This document shows, piece after piece, positions 9,063-18,200 of a stretch of 64,000 nt of DNA. Within the stretch, counting starts at the first letter, position 1, and each line of letters begins with the position of its first letter. Source of the DNA: Saprospiraceae bacterium. Lineage in GTDB: Bacteria; Bacteroidota; Bacteroidia; Chitinophagales; Saprospiraceae. Where the stretch lies: contig JAYWHK010000212.1 in assembly GCA_043777755.1 (NCBI GenBank), positions 8,263-72,262 on the forward strand, in the 5' to 3' direction. Below the pieces are notes generated by a model. The model worked only from the letters and a program-made list of their open reading frames with translations. It searched no databases and had not been told where the DNA came from. Both the position numbers and the translations under genes were made by a program.

Positions 9063-9926
9063 ATGGCAAAAACTAAAATAAGCAAGCGAGAACTAAAAAA
9101 GTTCATCAAAATGGCTTTGTTTGAAGACGTGCAAACAGGTGATGTAAGCTCTTTGGCTTGTATTTCTGCGGAATCCCGTAGCAAAGCAAAACTTCTGTGC
9201 AAAGCCGATGGTATTTTGGCTGGTGTAGAATTGGCAAAACATATTTTCGCCTTTTGTGACCCAACTTATACCATTCAGATTTTTAAAAAAGATGGTGCAG
9301 CGATAAAATATGGCGACATCGCTTTCATTGTAGAATGTAACACAAGGGCTTTGTTGCAAGCGGAGCGTTTGGTACTGAACTCCATGCAAAGAATGTCAGG
9401 TATTGCAACATTAAGTATGCAGTTTTCAGAAGCTGTAAAAGGTCTTCCTGTCAAAATTCTGGATACCCGTAAGACCACACCCCTTTTTAGAATGATAGAA
9501 AAATGGGCGGTGCGCATTGGCGGTTGTTATAATTATCGTGATGGTTTATACGATAGATTTATGCCAAAAGACAACCATATTGACGCTTGTGGCGGCATCA
9601 AACAAGCGATTGAAAGCATTGCAAAGTACAAAAAGGAAAACAACATTACACTCGAAACTACGGTAGAAGTCCGTACACTCGATGAACTGAGAACGGTACT
9701 CGAAGTTGGTGGTGTAGAACGTGCAATGCTCGACAATATGCCTTTGGAAATGATGGCAGAAGCCGTCAAAATCGTCAATAAAAAAATAGAAGTGGAAGCC
9801 TCTGGAAATGTTACCTTAGAGCGAGTGAGGGCAATTGCTGAAACAGGCGTTGATTTTATCTCGTCGGGCGCATTAACACATTCCGCAAAAAGCCTTGATT
9901 TGAGTTTGAAAGTGATAAAAGAGTGA
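9063..9926 (+). CDS. nadC: Nicotinate-nucleotide diphosphorylase (carboxylating)
   Basis: 287 aa. ILDTRKTTPLFR, MPKDNHI and NVTLERV motifs of the QPRTase family. Confidence 0.93.
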   Translation: MAKTKISKRELKKFIKMALFEDVQTGDVSSLACISAESRSKAKLLCKADGILAGVELAKHIFAFCDPTYTIQIFKKDGAAIKYGDIAFIVECNTRALLQAERLVLNSMQRMSGIATLSMQFSEAVKGLPVKILDTRKTTPLFRMIEKWAVRIGGCYNYRDGLYDRFMPKDNHIDACGGIKQAIESIAKYKKENNITLETTVEVRTLDELRTVLEVGGVERAMLDNMPLEMMAEAVKIVNKKIEVEASGNVTLERVRAIAETGVDFISSGALTHSAKSLDLSLKVIKE

Positions 9927-10022
9927 TGAGTTATGGAAGATTTTAGCCGAACCAAGTCGTTGGGCTAAAATAACTGACATTATTGAAAATGTTTACAGCT
10001 ATTTACCACTTTTGCATTTTTT

Positions 10023-10110
10023 ACCACGGAGAAACGGAGAACACAGAGTTTGAAAAAAAATTAGCCTTCGGCTAATTTTTTTGCCTCCGTGACCTCCGTT
10101 TTTCCGTGGT
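10023..10110. repeat. Nested palindrome (TTACCAC-type) with an inner UUCG-loop hairpin. Probable bidirectional terminator.
   Basis: accacggagaaacggag (10023-10039) pairs with ctccgtttttccgtggt (10094-10110). Inner ttagccttcggctaa is flanked by A- and T-runs. Sits between convergent genes. Confidence 0.6.
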
Positions 10111-10162
10111 GAATAATAAAATCTTTGATTTTTTTTGCAATGCTAAATATAGTTGAAAACGC

Positions 10163-11059
10163 TTACAACAAACCATTTTTTCGAGCTTCTCGCATTTGGT
10201 CAGAAGTCATACGTGAACCATCGTGACTCCAGCCTGGTGCTTTGAAAACATAATTAAAACGTGTTTTTAAACTAATGTTTTTTTGCAAAAAATCTCCAAC
10301 AATTGTCTTCCATTCGTGGAAAACAATATTAACAAGACCTCTATCGTCTGGATTGCTCGTCAAGCCATATTCTACTGGAATTTCGTCCAATTCGTCTTGA
10401 AAAGTACCAAACATTCTGTCCCAAATAATAAAAGTCATTGCCATATTTCTATCCAAATATTCTATGTTTGAGCCGTGGTGTACACGATGATGCGCTGGCG
10501 AAACCAAAAACCATTCCATCCAATGTGGTAATCTTTTGACCGCTTGTGTATGTACCAAAACACCGTAAGTCTGTAAAGCAGAGTGCATAAAAATAATGTC
10601 TAAAACATCAAAACCAGCAAACGCAATAGGCATATAAAATAAAAAACGATAAATTGGCTCAAACACCGATGAGCGAAAACCCGTACTAATATTGTAGTGT
10701 GTCGAGGAATGATGCGTTACGTGAACTGCCCAAAAAAACCTTGAAGAATGATCCAAACGATGCAACCAATAATACATAAAATCAATTGCCAAGGCTAAAC
10801 CTATCCAATAACCTACGTTTTTTTCTAAGGTAAAAAAACGATGATTGTAAGCGTAAATCAAGCAATAGAAAGCAATCAAGCGCATCGCCAAATCACAAAT
10901 CATATTGAGAACAGTAAGATATACATTCGCAATGGATTCTTTGATGGAATACCATTTTAGTTCGTGCGTATGGCTAAAAAAAAGTTCTAATCCTATGACA
11001 ATCATATAGATTGGCAAAGAAATAAGTATAAGTAGTTGCTCTCTAAATTCTGCGTTCAT
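10163..11059 (-). CDS. Sterol desaturase / fatty acid hydroxylase family membrane protein
   Basis: Histidine boxes HRLDH, HVTHH and HHRVHH. Four or more TM segments. Confidence 0.85.
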   Translation of the reverse strand: MNAEFREQLLILISLPIYMIVIGLELFFSHTHELKWYSIKESIANVYLTVLNMICDLAMRLIAFYCLIYAYNHRFFTLEKNVGYWIGLALAIDFMYYWLHRLDHSSRFFWAVHVTHHSSTHYNISTGFRSSVFEPIYRFLFYMPIAFAGFDVLDIIFMHSALQTYGVLVHTQAVKRLPHWMEWFLVSPAHHRVHHGSNIEYLDRNMAMTFIIWDRMFGTFQDELDEIPVEYGLTSNPDDRGLVNIVFHEWKTIVGDFLQKNISLKTRFNYVFKAPGWSHDGSRMTSDQMREARKNGLL

Positions 11060-11091
11060 TAAATTCTTTTTTTAATTTCAAAAAAATATTT

Positions 11092-11099
11092 TACTTTTG
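11092..11099 (+). promoter_or_regulatory. TAnnTTTG box (TActTTTG)
   Basis: Lies 12 nt upstream of the ATG at 11111. Confidence 0.35.
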
Positions 11100-11110
11100 C
11101 TGTTACAATT

Positions 11111-12142
11111 ATGAAAATATTAATTATTAGGTTCAGTTCTATTGGGGACATCGTTTTGACGACACCTGTGGTTCGTTGTGCCAAATTACAATTGGGCGCA
11201 GAAATTCATTTTTTGACTAAAAAATCTTTTACGTCAGTTGTACAAAACAACATTTACATTGATAAAATCTTTGCCATTCAGGAAAATATCAATGAGGTAA
11301 AAACAGCTCTGCAAGCTGAAAATTACGATTGTGTGATTGACTTACATGGTAATTTACGTTCCCTTCAAGTCAAGCGATTTTTGAAAGCAAAATCATACAC
11401 ATTTGACAAAATAAACATTCATAAATGGTTGATTACCAATTTAAAAATCAATATTTTACCTAACAAACACATTGTTGAAAGGTATTTAGAATGTGTTGCA
11501 AATTTGGGTATAAAAAACGATTTTGAAGGCTTAGATTATTTTATTCCAAGCAAAGATGAAGTTTCGATTTCCGAAATTTTCGACAAAAGTACGGTATTTT
11601 CTTCAATTTATAATAATTTTAATGTAAAAAATGATGCAAATAGTAAGCAATACATTGCATTTGTGATTGGTGCTGCACACGCTACGAAACGTTTGCCAGC
11701 AGAAAAAATCATTGAAATTTGTAAAAAAATAAATCAACCCATTGTATTATTAGGAGGAAAAGAAGAAACCACAATCGGGGAACGCATTGCTAAAGAAGCT
11801 GGCGTTCATGTTATCAACACTTGTGGACAATACAATTTGAATCAGTCGGCATCTATTGTAAAGCAATCAACTTGTGTTATTACACATGACACAGGTTTGA
11901 TGCACATTGCCGCTGCATTTCAAAAAAAGATTATTTCGATTTGGGGCAACACCATTCCAGCATTTGGAATGTATCCATATTTTTCAAAGGAAATAAAAAA
12001 TAATATTTCGATTGAAGTGAAAAATTTAGCTTGTCGTCCTTGTTCCAAAATCGGTCACGATGCTTGTCCAAAAGGACATTTTAATTGCATGAACCAGATT
12101 GACGTGGAAGAAGTAGCTGCGGCTGTTCTTAGATTGGTGTGA
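11111..12142 (+). CDS. Glycosyltransferase family 9 (heptosyltransferase-like)
   Basis: MKILIIRFSSIGDIVLTTP N-terminus and THDTGLMHIAAA C-terminal motif typical of GT9. Confidence 0.85.
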   Translation: MKILIIRFSSIGDIVLTTPVVRCAKLQLGAEIHFLTKKSFTSVVQNNIYIDKIFAIQENINEVKTALQAENYDCVIDLHGNLRSLQVKRFLKAKSYTFDKINIHKWLITNLKINILPNKHIVERYLECVANLGIKNDFEGLDYFIPSKDEVSISEIFDKSTVFSSIYNNFNVKNDANSKQYIAFVIGAAHATKRLPAEKIIEICKKINQPIVLLGGKEETTIGERIAKEAGVHVINTCGQYNLNQSASIVKQSTCVITHDTGLMHIAAAFQKKIISIWGNTIPAFGMYPYFSKEIKNNISIEVKNLACRPCSKIGHDACPKGHFNCMNQIDVEEVAAAVLRLV

Positions 12143-12339
12143 CGAGATTAGCATAACGGGATATTTGGAAATTTGATAAAATTCGTAGCTAAAAACCTTA
12201 CGCATAGATTACTCATTCAGCTTCAATAAAAATCAACGACCACGAAAAGACGAGATTTTTTGGTAATACTTTTTTGGCTTTTATCACGGCAGCCGTCGCT
12301 GCACCCTTTCAATTTTTCGGAGAAAAAATAATACTTCTG

Positions 12340-12659
12340 CCCGCTGGCTCATAGTATGTCAAAGTTGAAAACAAAAACTAAACTATTCGCTGGACGTGAT
12401 TTGCAATCACGTTCTTCTGTGTGAATGTTTTCAACATAGCGAAGCAGTACGACTCTACTAAAGGCTCGTGCAGCTAACGCTTCGTCAGAGACGACCAAAC
12501 AGAATAGCTCGATTACAAATCGAGCCAAGCGAGAGGCGGTAGTTTGATAACGACATTGATACATAGTGGAATATATAGCGAAAACTAATGTTTTAAACTA
12601 CTTTTTAATGTCTTTATCAAAGTTATGTGTTTTGCTAGAAGCATACATAGTGCCAGCGG
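12340..12659 (-). repeat. GC-enriched structured repeat element, copy 1 (MITE-like, bounded by ccgctggc / gccagcgg)
   Basis: The core at 12388-12548 is the reverse complement of 14171-14330 at roughly four of five positions by manual alignment. Internal hairpins are gctcgatt/aatcgagc and acgtgatt/aatcacgt. Confidence 0.55.
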
Positions 12660-13129
12660 TTTTTAAGGCTTTTGGTCATTGATGCAAAACAAATGAAACT
12701 TACAGAACAGCAATTTTTTCACGTTTAAATACAAGAAAAACCAACGTAGGGCTATCACGAAAGTAGTAAAACGACTAAAACATACACCCATACTACAAAA
12801 AGATTAAGACGATATAAAAACTCCTTAGATAATTTGGACATTTAATTTTCTTGCCATATATTTAAAATTATAATATAAAAAAATATTATAATTTATTGAT
12901 AATGCAGATATAAACTCAACTTAAAGAGGTGTAAAACTGCATAAGTGGAGTATGTTCTGTGTAACAATAAACAAAACGTTGATTACCAATGAATTACGAT
13001 AGATAAATAGCGAGCAAAGATTAAATTACGAACAAAATATTAGACAATTAGATTATAAAATTTCGATATAAAAAACAAATTATAATTAAAACAAGCCATA
13101 TAAATACGTCAAATTAACTAACATTTCCC

Positions 13130-13137
13130 TATCTTTG
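13130..13137 (+). promoter_or_regulatory. TAnnTTTG box (TAtcTTTG)
   Basis: Lies 39 nt upstream of the ATG at 13176. Confidence 0.4.
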
Positions 13138-13175
13138 CAACTTGGTTAAACACTTTAAAACATTGATACGAGAAT

Positions 13176-14129
13176 ATGATAATCAAGTACGATAAATATT
13201 GGAAAGAGGCATTAACACATTTTTTCAAGCCTTTTACAGCGTTCTTTCTGTCACAGTTGCATGACGAAATAGATTGGTCAGTTGAGCCGCAATTCTTAGA
13301 AAAAGAGTTGTTTTCGAAGAAGAATTTAGCAAAATTCAAGAAAGAAGCGGATAAATTGGTAAAAGTTCGTCTTAAAAACGGAAAAGAGCAATGGATATTT
13401 ATCCACATTGAATTTCAAACAAGCGGAGAAACGATAATCTGTTTACGAATGTACGAATATTACCAACTTATCAGAGAAGTTTACGGACAAGATATTGTTG
13501 CTTTGGTCATCTATGCGGGCACAAATGTTCCCAAGAAGCATGACATTTATGAAAATGAGCATTTTGGTACTAAAATAACGTATAAATTCAACAGTTACGC
13601 TGTAATCAAACAAAATGAAGAACAACTTTTGGTAAATGACAATCCGTTTGCAATGATTGTTTTGGCAAACTATTACGTGCTAAAAACAAAGGACGACCAA
13701 CAACGCAGGTACGAATTTAAACAAAATTTATACGAATTAGCACAAAATCGTAATTACAATTTGGAAGAATTGTCAAAGTTGCTTATATTTGTAGGAGAAT
13801 TAATGAAATTACCACCTCTATTGGAGAAGAAATTTGAAAAAGAGGTAATTCAAACAAAAATTAAAAATAATTCAGATATGATACAAGTAAGTCAATCAAC
13901 AAAAAATTTAGTAAACGCCTACGAAAGAGAAGTTTATGGCGAAACAATGGAAGAAGCAAGAGCAAAGGCAAAAGAAGAAATTAAACAAATAGATAAACAG
14001 CGTGTAAAGTCAATTATTTTACTTTATTCACGAGTGAATATGTCAATAGAAGAAATTGCTGAACACCTTGAAATTAGTGAAGAAATAACTAGACAAATTC
14101 TTATTAAAAATAAGGCAATTAAAGCGTAG
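13176..14129 (+). CDS. Rpn-family recombination-promoting nuclease / putative transposase (PD-(D/E)XK, TIGR01784-like)
   Basis: N-terminal LTHFFKPFTAFFL...EPQFLEKEL...ADKLVKVRLKNGKEQWIFIHIEFQ...RMYEYY pattern recalled from this family. Coiled-coil C-terminal part. Confidence 0.8.
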   Translation: MIIKYDKYWKEALTHFFKPFTAFFLSQLHDEIDWSVEPQFLEKELFSKKNLAKFKKEADKLVKVRLKNGKEQWIFIHIEFQTSGETIICLRMYEYYQLIREVYGQDIVALVIYAGTNVPKKHDIYENEHFGTKITYKFNSYAVIKQNEEQLLVNDNPFAMIVLANYYVLKTKDDQQRRYEFKQNLYELAQNRNYNLEELSKLLIFVGELMKLPPLLEKKFEKEVIQTKIKNNSDMIQVSQSTKNLVNAYEREVYGETMEEARAKAKEEIKQIDKQRVKSIILLYSRVNMSIEEIAEHLEISEEITRQILIKNKAIKA

Positions 14130-14135
14130 AAATAA

Positions 14136-14355
14136 CCCGCTGGCTCTAAGTCTGTCTTAAACAAAATACTCAACTACCGCATCTCGCTTGGCTTGATTTT
14201 CAATCGAGCTATCCTATTTGGTCGTCTGCAACGAAGCATCAGCTGCTCAATTCTTTGGTATAGATTTGTTCTGCTTCGCTATGTTAAAAACATTCATACA
14301 GAAGAACATGATTGTGACGAAGACAACATTCTGTCATAACTATCCGATGCTTTTA
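14136..14355 (+). repeat. GC-enriched structured repeat element, copy 2 (inverted relative to copy 1, more degenerate)
   Basis: Starts with the same cccgctggctc leader as copy 1. The core at 14171-14330 matches the reverse complement of 12388-12548. Confidence 0.55.
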
Positions 14356-14439
14356 CAAACACAAATTGCTTTTGATTACAGGCTAAGTTCTAAAACTTTT
14401 TCTTTTTTTTATTGTTAAAATGAAAGAAAAAAAACTTTT

Positions 14440-16674
14440 ATGAATAAGAATAAAATTACCGTTGCAAGTTTTCTCCTTTTAGGATTGATTAGTGTTTTAC
14501 TTGCTTTTAATTTAAGATTTTCCTTTGATTTTGAACAATTTTTCCCAAAAGGAGATAAAGATTTAGATTTTTATAGAGAATTTATCAAAGAATTTGAAAC
14601 AGATGATAATTTCCTCCTCGTTGCTATCGAAAAGAAAGATGGCGTTTTTGAACAAAAATTTTTAGAAAAATTCCATGATTTTACTTTAAAAACAAGGGAT
14701 TTACCACATATTTTAGAAAGCCAATCGCTTACCAAATTTCGTTACCCGCTGAGAACAGCGTTTGCGATAACTACCGTTCCTGCTATTCATATTGATGATC
14801 CTTCGCAGTACGATGACGATAAAAAGCGTATCTTACAAGATGAACGTTTTGTTCACAACCTTATCTCCGAAGATGCCAAAGTGCTTGTTGTCGCACTCAA
14901 AACGGCTGACAAAATGGAACTTCCTCAAGCAACAGAACTCATAGAAGGCTTAGATACTTTGCTCAAATCATACCAATTTGACAATTATCACTTGCTTGGG
15001 CGTGCTTTTTTCCAAAAAGAAGTGGTCGAAATGGAAAAGCGAGAAGTCCTGGTTTCTACAGTTGTTGCAGGGCTTTTGGTAACGTTGGTTTTGGGTTGGA
15101 TGTTCAAACGCTTCTGGGGAACGATGATTGCGATGTCTTCGATTTTGCTTGGACTACTTATTTTCTTAGGAATATTGAGCATTACTGGTCGAGAATTGTC
15201 TGCATTGGCGGCTTTATATCCTGTTTTAATGTTGATTTTAGGCACATTTGATACCATTCACGTCATGTCAAAATACATTGATGAACGACAGCGGGGTCTT
15301 AGTGCTGCCGAAGCGGTCAAAGTGACGATTAAAGAAATGCGTTTGCCAACGTTTCTAACCTATTCAACTACCGCCATTGGTTTTTTAGCTTTGGTAACGA
15401 ACAATATTCAACCGATTGTTGATTTTGGAATCAATGCGACAATTGGTGTTACGGTGGCATACATTATGGCAATTGTTTTTGTGCCAGCAGCGTTGTCCTT
15501 TTTTGAGTTGGACCAAATTGTCAAAATTGGAGAAGAATCAAGGCGTTGGAAAGGTGCTTTTTACAAATTACATTTTTTTACAAAAAGAAATCCACTACCA
15601 ATAGCACTGGCTTCGATTGCTGTTTTTGGAATATGTATTTGGGGAATTTCCTTGATTACTACCAATTATCGAATAGAAAGTCAATTGCCTACAAAAGCAA
15701 AAGTAACAGAGGATTTTCAATTTTTTGAAAAAAACTTTGCTGGGTTTCGACCTGTGGAGTTTGCAATTTTTGCGCAAAATGATTTGAAAGTGACTGATTA
15801 TGAAGTAGTTAAAGAAGTTGAAAAAGTAGAAGACAAAATCAGAACATTCACTGATTTTCGCTCTATTGCTTCTATCACAGCCATTTACAAAAGCATCAAT
15901 CAAATGAATGAAGGTGGCTCAAAAGAAGGGTATCGTTTGCCACCAGATTCTACAAGTTTTGCTGAAGCTCAGATGCTTTCTACCAAATTACCAAAATCTT
16001 CTGTGAACGTTTTGATTAGTAAAGACGAACAAAAAACACGGATTGCGACCCGTATCAACGATATTGGCGCAGACAGTATAAAAGCAATCGGGCTGAACAT
16101 TCAAACTTGGATAAATGAAAATATTGACAGCAATATTATCAAAGTAAAGCGTACTGGAACAGGGCTTTTAATTGACAAAAACGCAGAATATATTAGAAAT
16201 AATACTGTATATGGAATGTTTTGGACGGTAGTTGTGATAGGTATTTTAATGGCATTTATCTTACGTCGCTGGCAAATGATGTTTATCTTTTTAATACCAA
16301 ACTTATTCCCACTTTTTATGTGCGGTGCGTTGATGGGTTTTATTGGGATAGAATTAGAAGCAGGCGTTTCCATGATTTTCTCTGTTATTTTTGGTATTGC
16401 CGTTGATGATACTATTCATACCCTTAGCAAATTCAAAGTGTTTAAAGAAAAAGGTTATAGCGTTGATGGCGCATTGTACCAAACCATGATGGAAGTCGGA
16501 AAACCAATGATTCAAACAGCGATTATCTTATTTTTTGGCTTCATGGTGATGCTATTTTCGATACATCCGCCAAGCGTAAATGTTGGTTTATTGATGAGTT
16601 TGACCTTAGCTGGCGCATTGTTGAGCGATTTATTTCTATTGCCCGTAATGGTGCGTTGGTTGGTGAAAAAATAA
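14440..16674 (+). CDS. MMPL/RND-superfamily exporter (HpnN-like lipid exporter)
   Basis: 744 aa. Two 6-TM bundles separated by large periplasmic loops, with sterol-sensing-like TM blocks. Confidence 0.85.
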   Translation: MNKNKITVASFLLLGLISVLLAFNLRFSFDFEQFFPKGDKDLDFYREFIKEFETDDNFLLVAIEKKDGVFEQKFLEKFHDFTLKTRDLPHILESQSLTKFRYPLRTAFAITTVPAIHIDDPSQYDDDKKRILQDERFVHNLISEDAKVLVVALKTADKMELPQATELIEGLDTLLKSYQFDNYHLLGRAFFQKEVVEMEKREVLVSTVVAGLLVTLVLGWMFKRFWGTMIAMSSILLGLLIFLGILSITGRELSALAALYPVLMLILGTFDTIHVMSKYIDERQRGLSAAEAVKVTIKEMRLPTFLTYSTTAIGFLALVTNNIQPIVDFGINATIGVTVAYIMAIVFVPAALSFFELDQIVKIGEESRRWKGAFYKLHFFTKRNPLPIALASIAVFGICIWGISLITTNYRIESQLPTKAKVTEDFQFFEKNFAGFRPVEFAIFAQNDLKVTDYEVVKEVEKVEDKIRTFTDFRSIASITAIYKSINQMNEGGSKEGYRLPPDSTSFAEAQMLSTKLPKSSVNVLISKDEQKTRIATRINDIGADSIKAIGLNIQTWINENIDSNIIKVKRTGTGLLIDKNAEYIRNNTVYGMFWTVVVIGILMAFILRRWQMMFIFLIPNLFPLFMCGALMGFIGIELEAGVSMIFSVIFGIAVDDTIHTLSKFKVFKEKGYSVDGALYQTMMEVGKPMIQTAIILFFGFMVMLFSIHPPSVNVGLLMSLTLAGALLSDLFLLPVMVRWLVKK

Positions 16675-16812
16675 AAGTACAACCATACTATTTTAAGGAA
16701 CAAGGACAATAAAGTTAGGTGAAATATTACCGTGCCTTTATTTTCTTTGTTCCTTTTTTATTTATAAGCAGCTCAATGACCTGAACTTCCGACTGAAATA
16801 CAATTTTTTTTA

Positions 16813-16820
16813 TATCTTTG
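16813..16820 (+). promoter_or_regulatory. TAnnTTTG box (TAtcTTTG)
   Basis: Lies 115 nt upstream of the ATG at 16935. Confidence 0.35.
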
Positions 16821-16934
16821 CTCTCCATTAGTTTTATAGTTTTTATTTAGAATACAATACTGCGACTTTAAGTGGCACTCTTTTAGTAGGACAATAGTCA
16901 AATTAAATAAAATACTCAACAACCAAACACAAGA

Positions 16935-18200
16935 ATGTTTCTAACTGGTTTTTACCACTTTCTCAAATACCTTTGCCTTTTTTTAGATTGGCTTTTTTAT
17001 GAAAAATCAACTACGATTGGCAAGCAATTTTTCAATCTAAAACGCCCATGTATTGTCGTGGCAAACCACCCGAATACACTTCTCGACCCTGTTAATATTG
17101 TTATCAGACTTCCTCAAAAAAATCATTTTTTAGGCAATGCAGGCTTGTTTGCGAATCCTTTTACAGATTGGCTTTTTCGTAATTTGTGGACAATTCCCAT
17201 CAAACGACAACAAGATAAGGTCAATCACGTGAAAAATAGTGATAGTTTCAAGCAATGCGATGAGTTTTTGCTTGGCGGAGGCTGCCTTTTTATTGCGCCC
17301 GAAGGCTCAAGTTGGCAAGAACGACATTTAAGGGAAATTAAGACAGGAACAGCTCGAATTGCATTGAGTGTTGAGAGCAAAAGTAACTTTGAATTGGGAT
17401 TGACGATTCAACCTTTTGGGCAAACTTATACCCGACAGGGGCATTTTTGGAGTCGTCTTTTTATCGAAGGCGTAGCGCCGATTCAAGTAGCAGATTTTAA
17501 AGAAATTTTTGAAAAAGATTATGAAACGGCAGTAAGTGCCATTACAAAAGAAATTGAAATTCGCCTTCGTTCTGCCATGATTGATACTGAAGATGCTGCA
17601 CAAGATATACTGTTGGCACGCTGCGAAAAGCTATTGATTGGAGAAAAAATATACAGCGATGAAGCAAGTTTTCGTCAATCTCAACAACTCTTGGAAAAAC
17701 TAAAAGCATTGAAAAAAGGTTCTTTTCAAGAATATGAAAATTTACAAAACGCTGTAAATCAATTTTTTATAAAATTAAAAAAAGAAGGTGCTTCTTATGA
17801 AGGTTTGATGAAGAAACACAATATTATTTTTTTACTGTTGTGTTTTCCTTTGTTTTTAATTGGAAGTGCAAGTAATGTTTTGCCCTTTTTATGCACTTAT
17901 TTCATTTGGAAAAAAGCAACACCTAATGGCTACGATGCAACCGTTCAATACGCAGGCGGATTGATTTTATTTTCTATTTTTTATACTGTTCAAAAAAATA
18001 TTTTACAATCGTATGGCATTGATTTTCCATTTTTTGGTATTGCCTATTGGCTTTTTGCTATAATCGGTGGAGCTTTTGCCTTGCGTTATTTTATTGATTT
18101 GCGCCATTATTTTGAATACTTAGGAGTGAAAAATAAACAATATTTTTTTGAAGAAAGAGAGCGTTTGAAGACAATTATTTCAACACTTCATAATTCTTAA
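16935..18200 (+). CDS. Lysophospholipid (PlsC-family) acyltransferase with C-terminal membrane extension
   Basis: VANHPNTLLDP (HX4D) and FIAPEGS motifs. About 3 TM segments in the C-terminal third. Confidence 0.8.
   Translation: MFLTGFYHFLKYLCLFLDWLFYEKSTTIGKQFFNLKRPCIVVANHPNTLLDPVNIVIRLPQKNHFLGNAGLFANPFTDWLFRNLWTIPIKRQQDKVNHVKNSDSFKQCDEFLLGGGCLFIAPEGSSWQERHLREIKTGTARIALSVESKSNFELGLTIQPFGQTYTRQGHFWSRLFIEGVAPIQVADFKEIFEKDYETAVSAITKEIEIRLRSAMIDTEDAAQDILLARCEKLLIGEKIYSDEASFRQSQQLLEKLKALKKGSFQEYENLQNAVNQFFIKLKKEGASYEGLMKKHNIIFLLLCFPLFLIGSASNVLPFLCTYFIWKKATPNGYDATVQYAGGLILFSIFYTVQKNILQSYGIDFPFFGIAYWLFAIIGGAFALRYFIDLRHYFEYLGVKNKQYFFEERERLKTIISTLHNS

Noticed and set aside
12388-12548. Possible tmRNA, because the reverse strand reads gcg tta gct gca (A-L-A-A) inside a GC-rich structured stretch
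   Set aside because: No stop codon follows the ALAA-like codons. There is no tRNA-like acceptor/T-arm (GGTTCGA..CCA) at either end. The element is present twice in inverted orientation.
12349-12564. 71-aa ORF through repeat copy 1, and the 66-aa ORF at 14218-14418 through copy 2, as possible conserved small proteins
   Set aside because: The two copies conserve nucleotides but differ by a 2-nt indel, so the shared sequence is read in different frames. The peptide similarity disappears after about 12 residues. They are treated as noncoding repeat modules.
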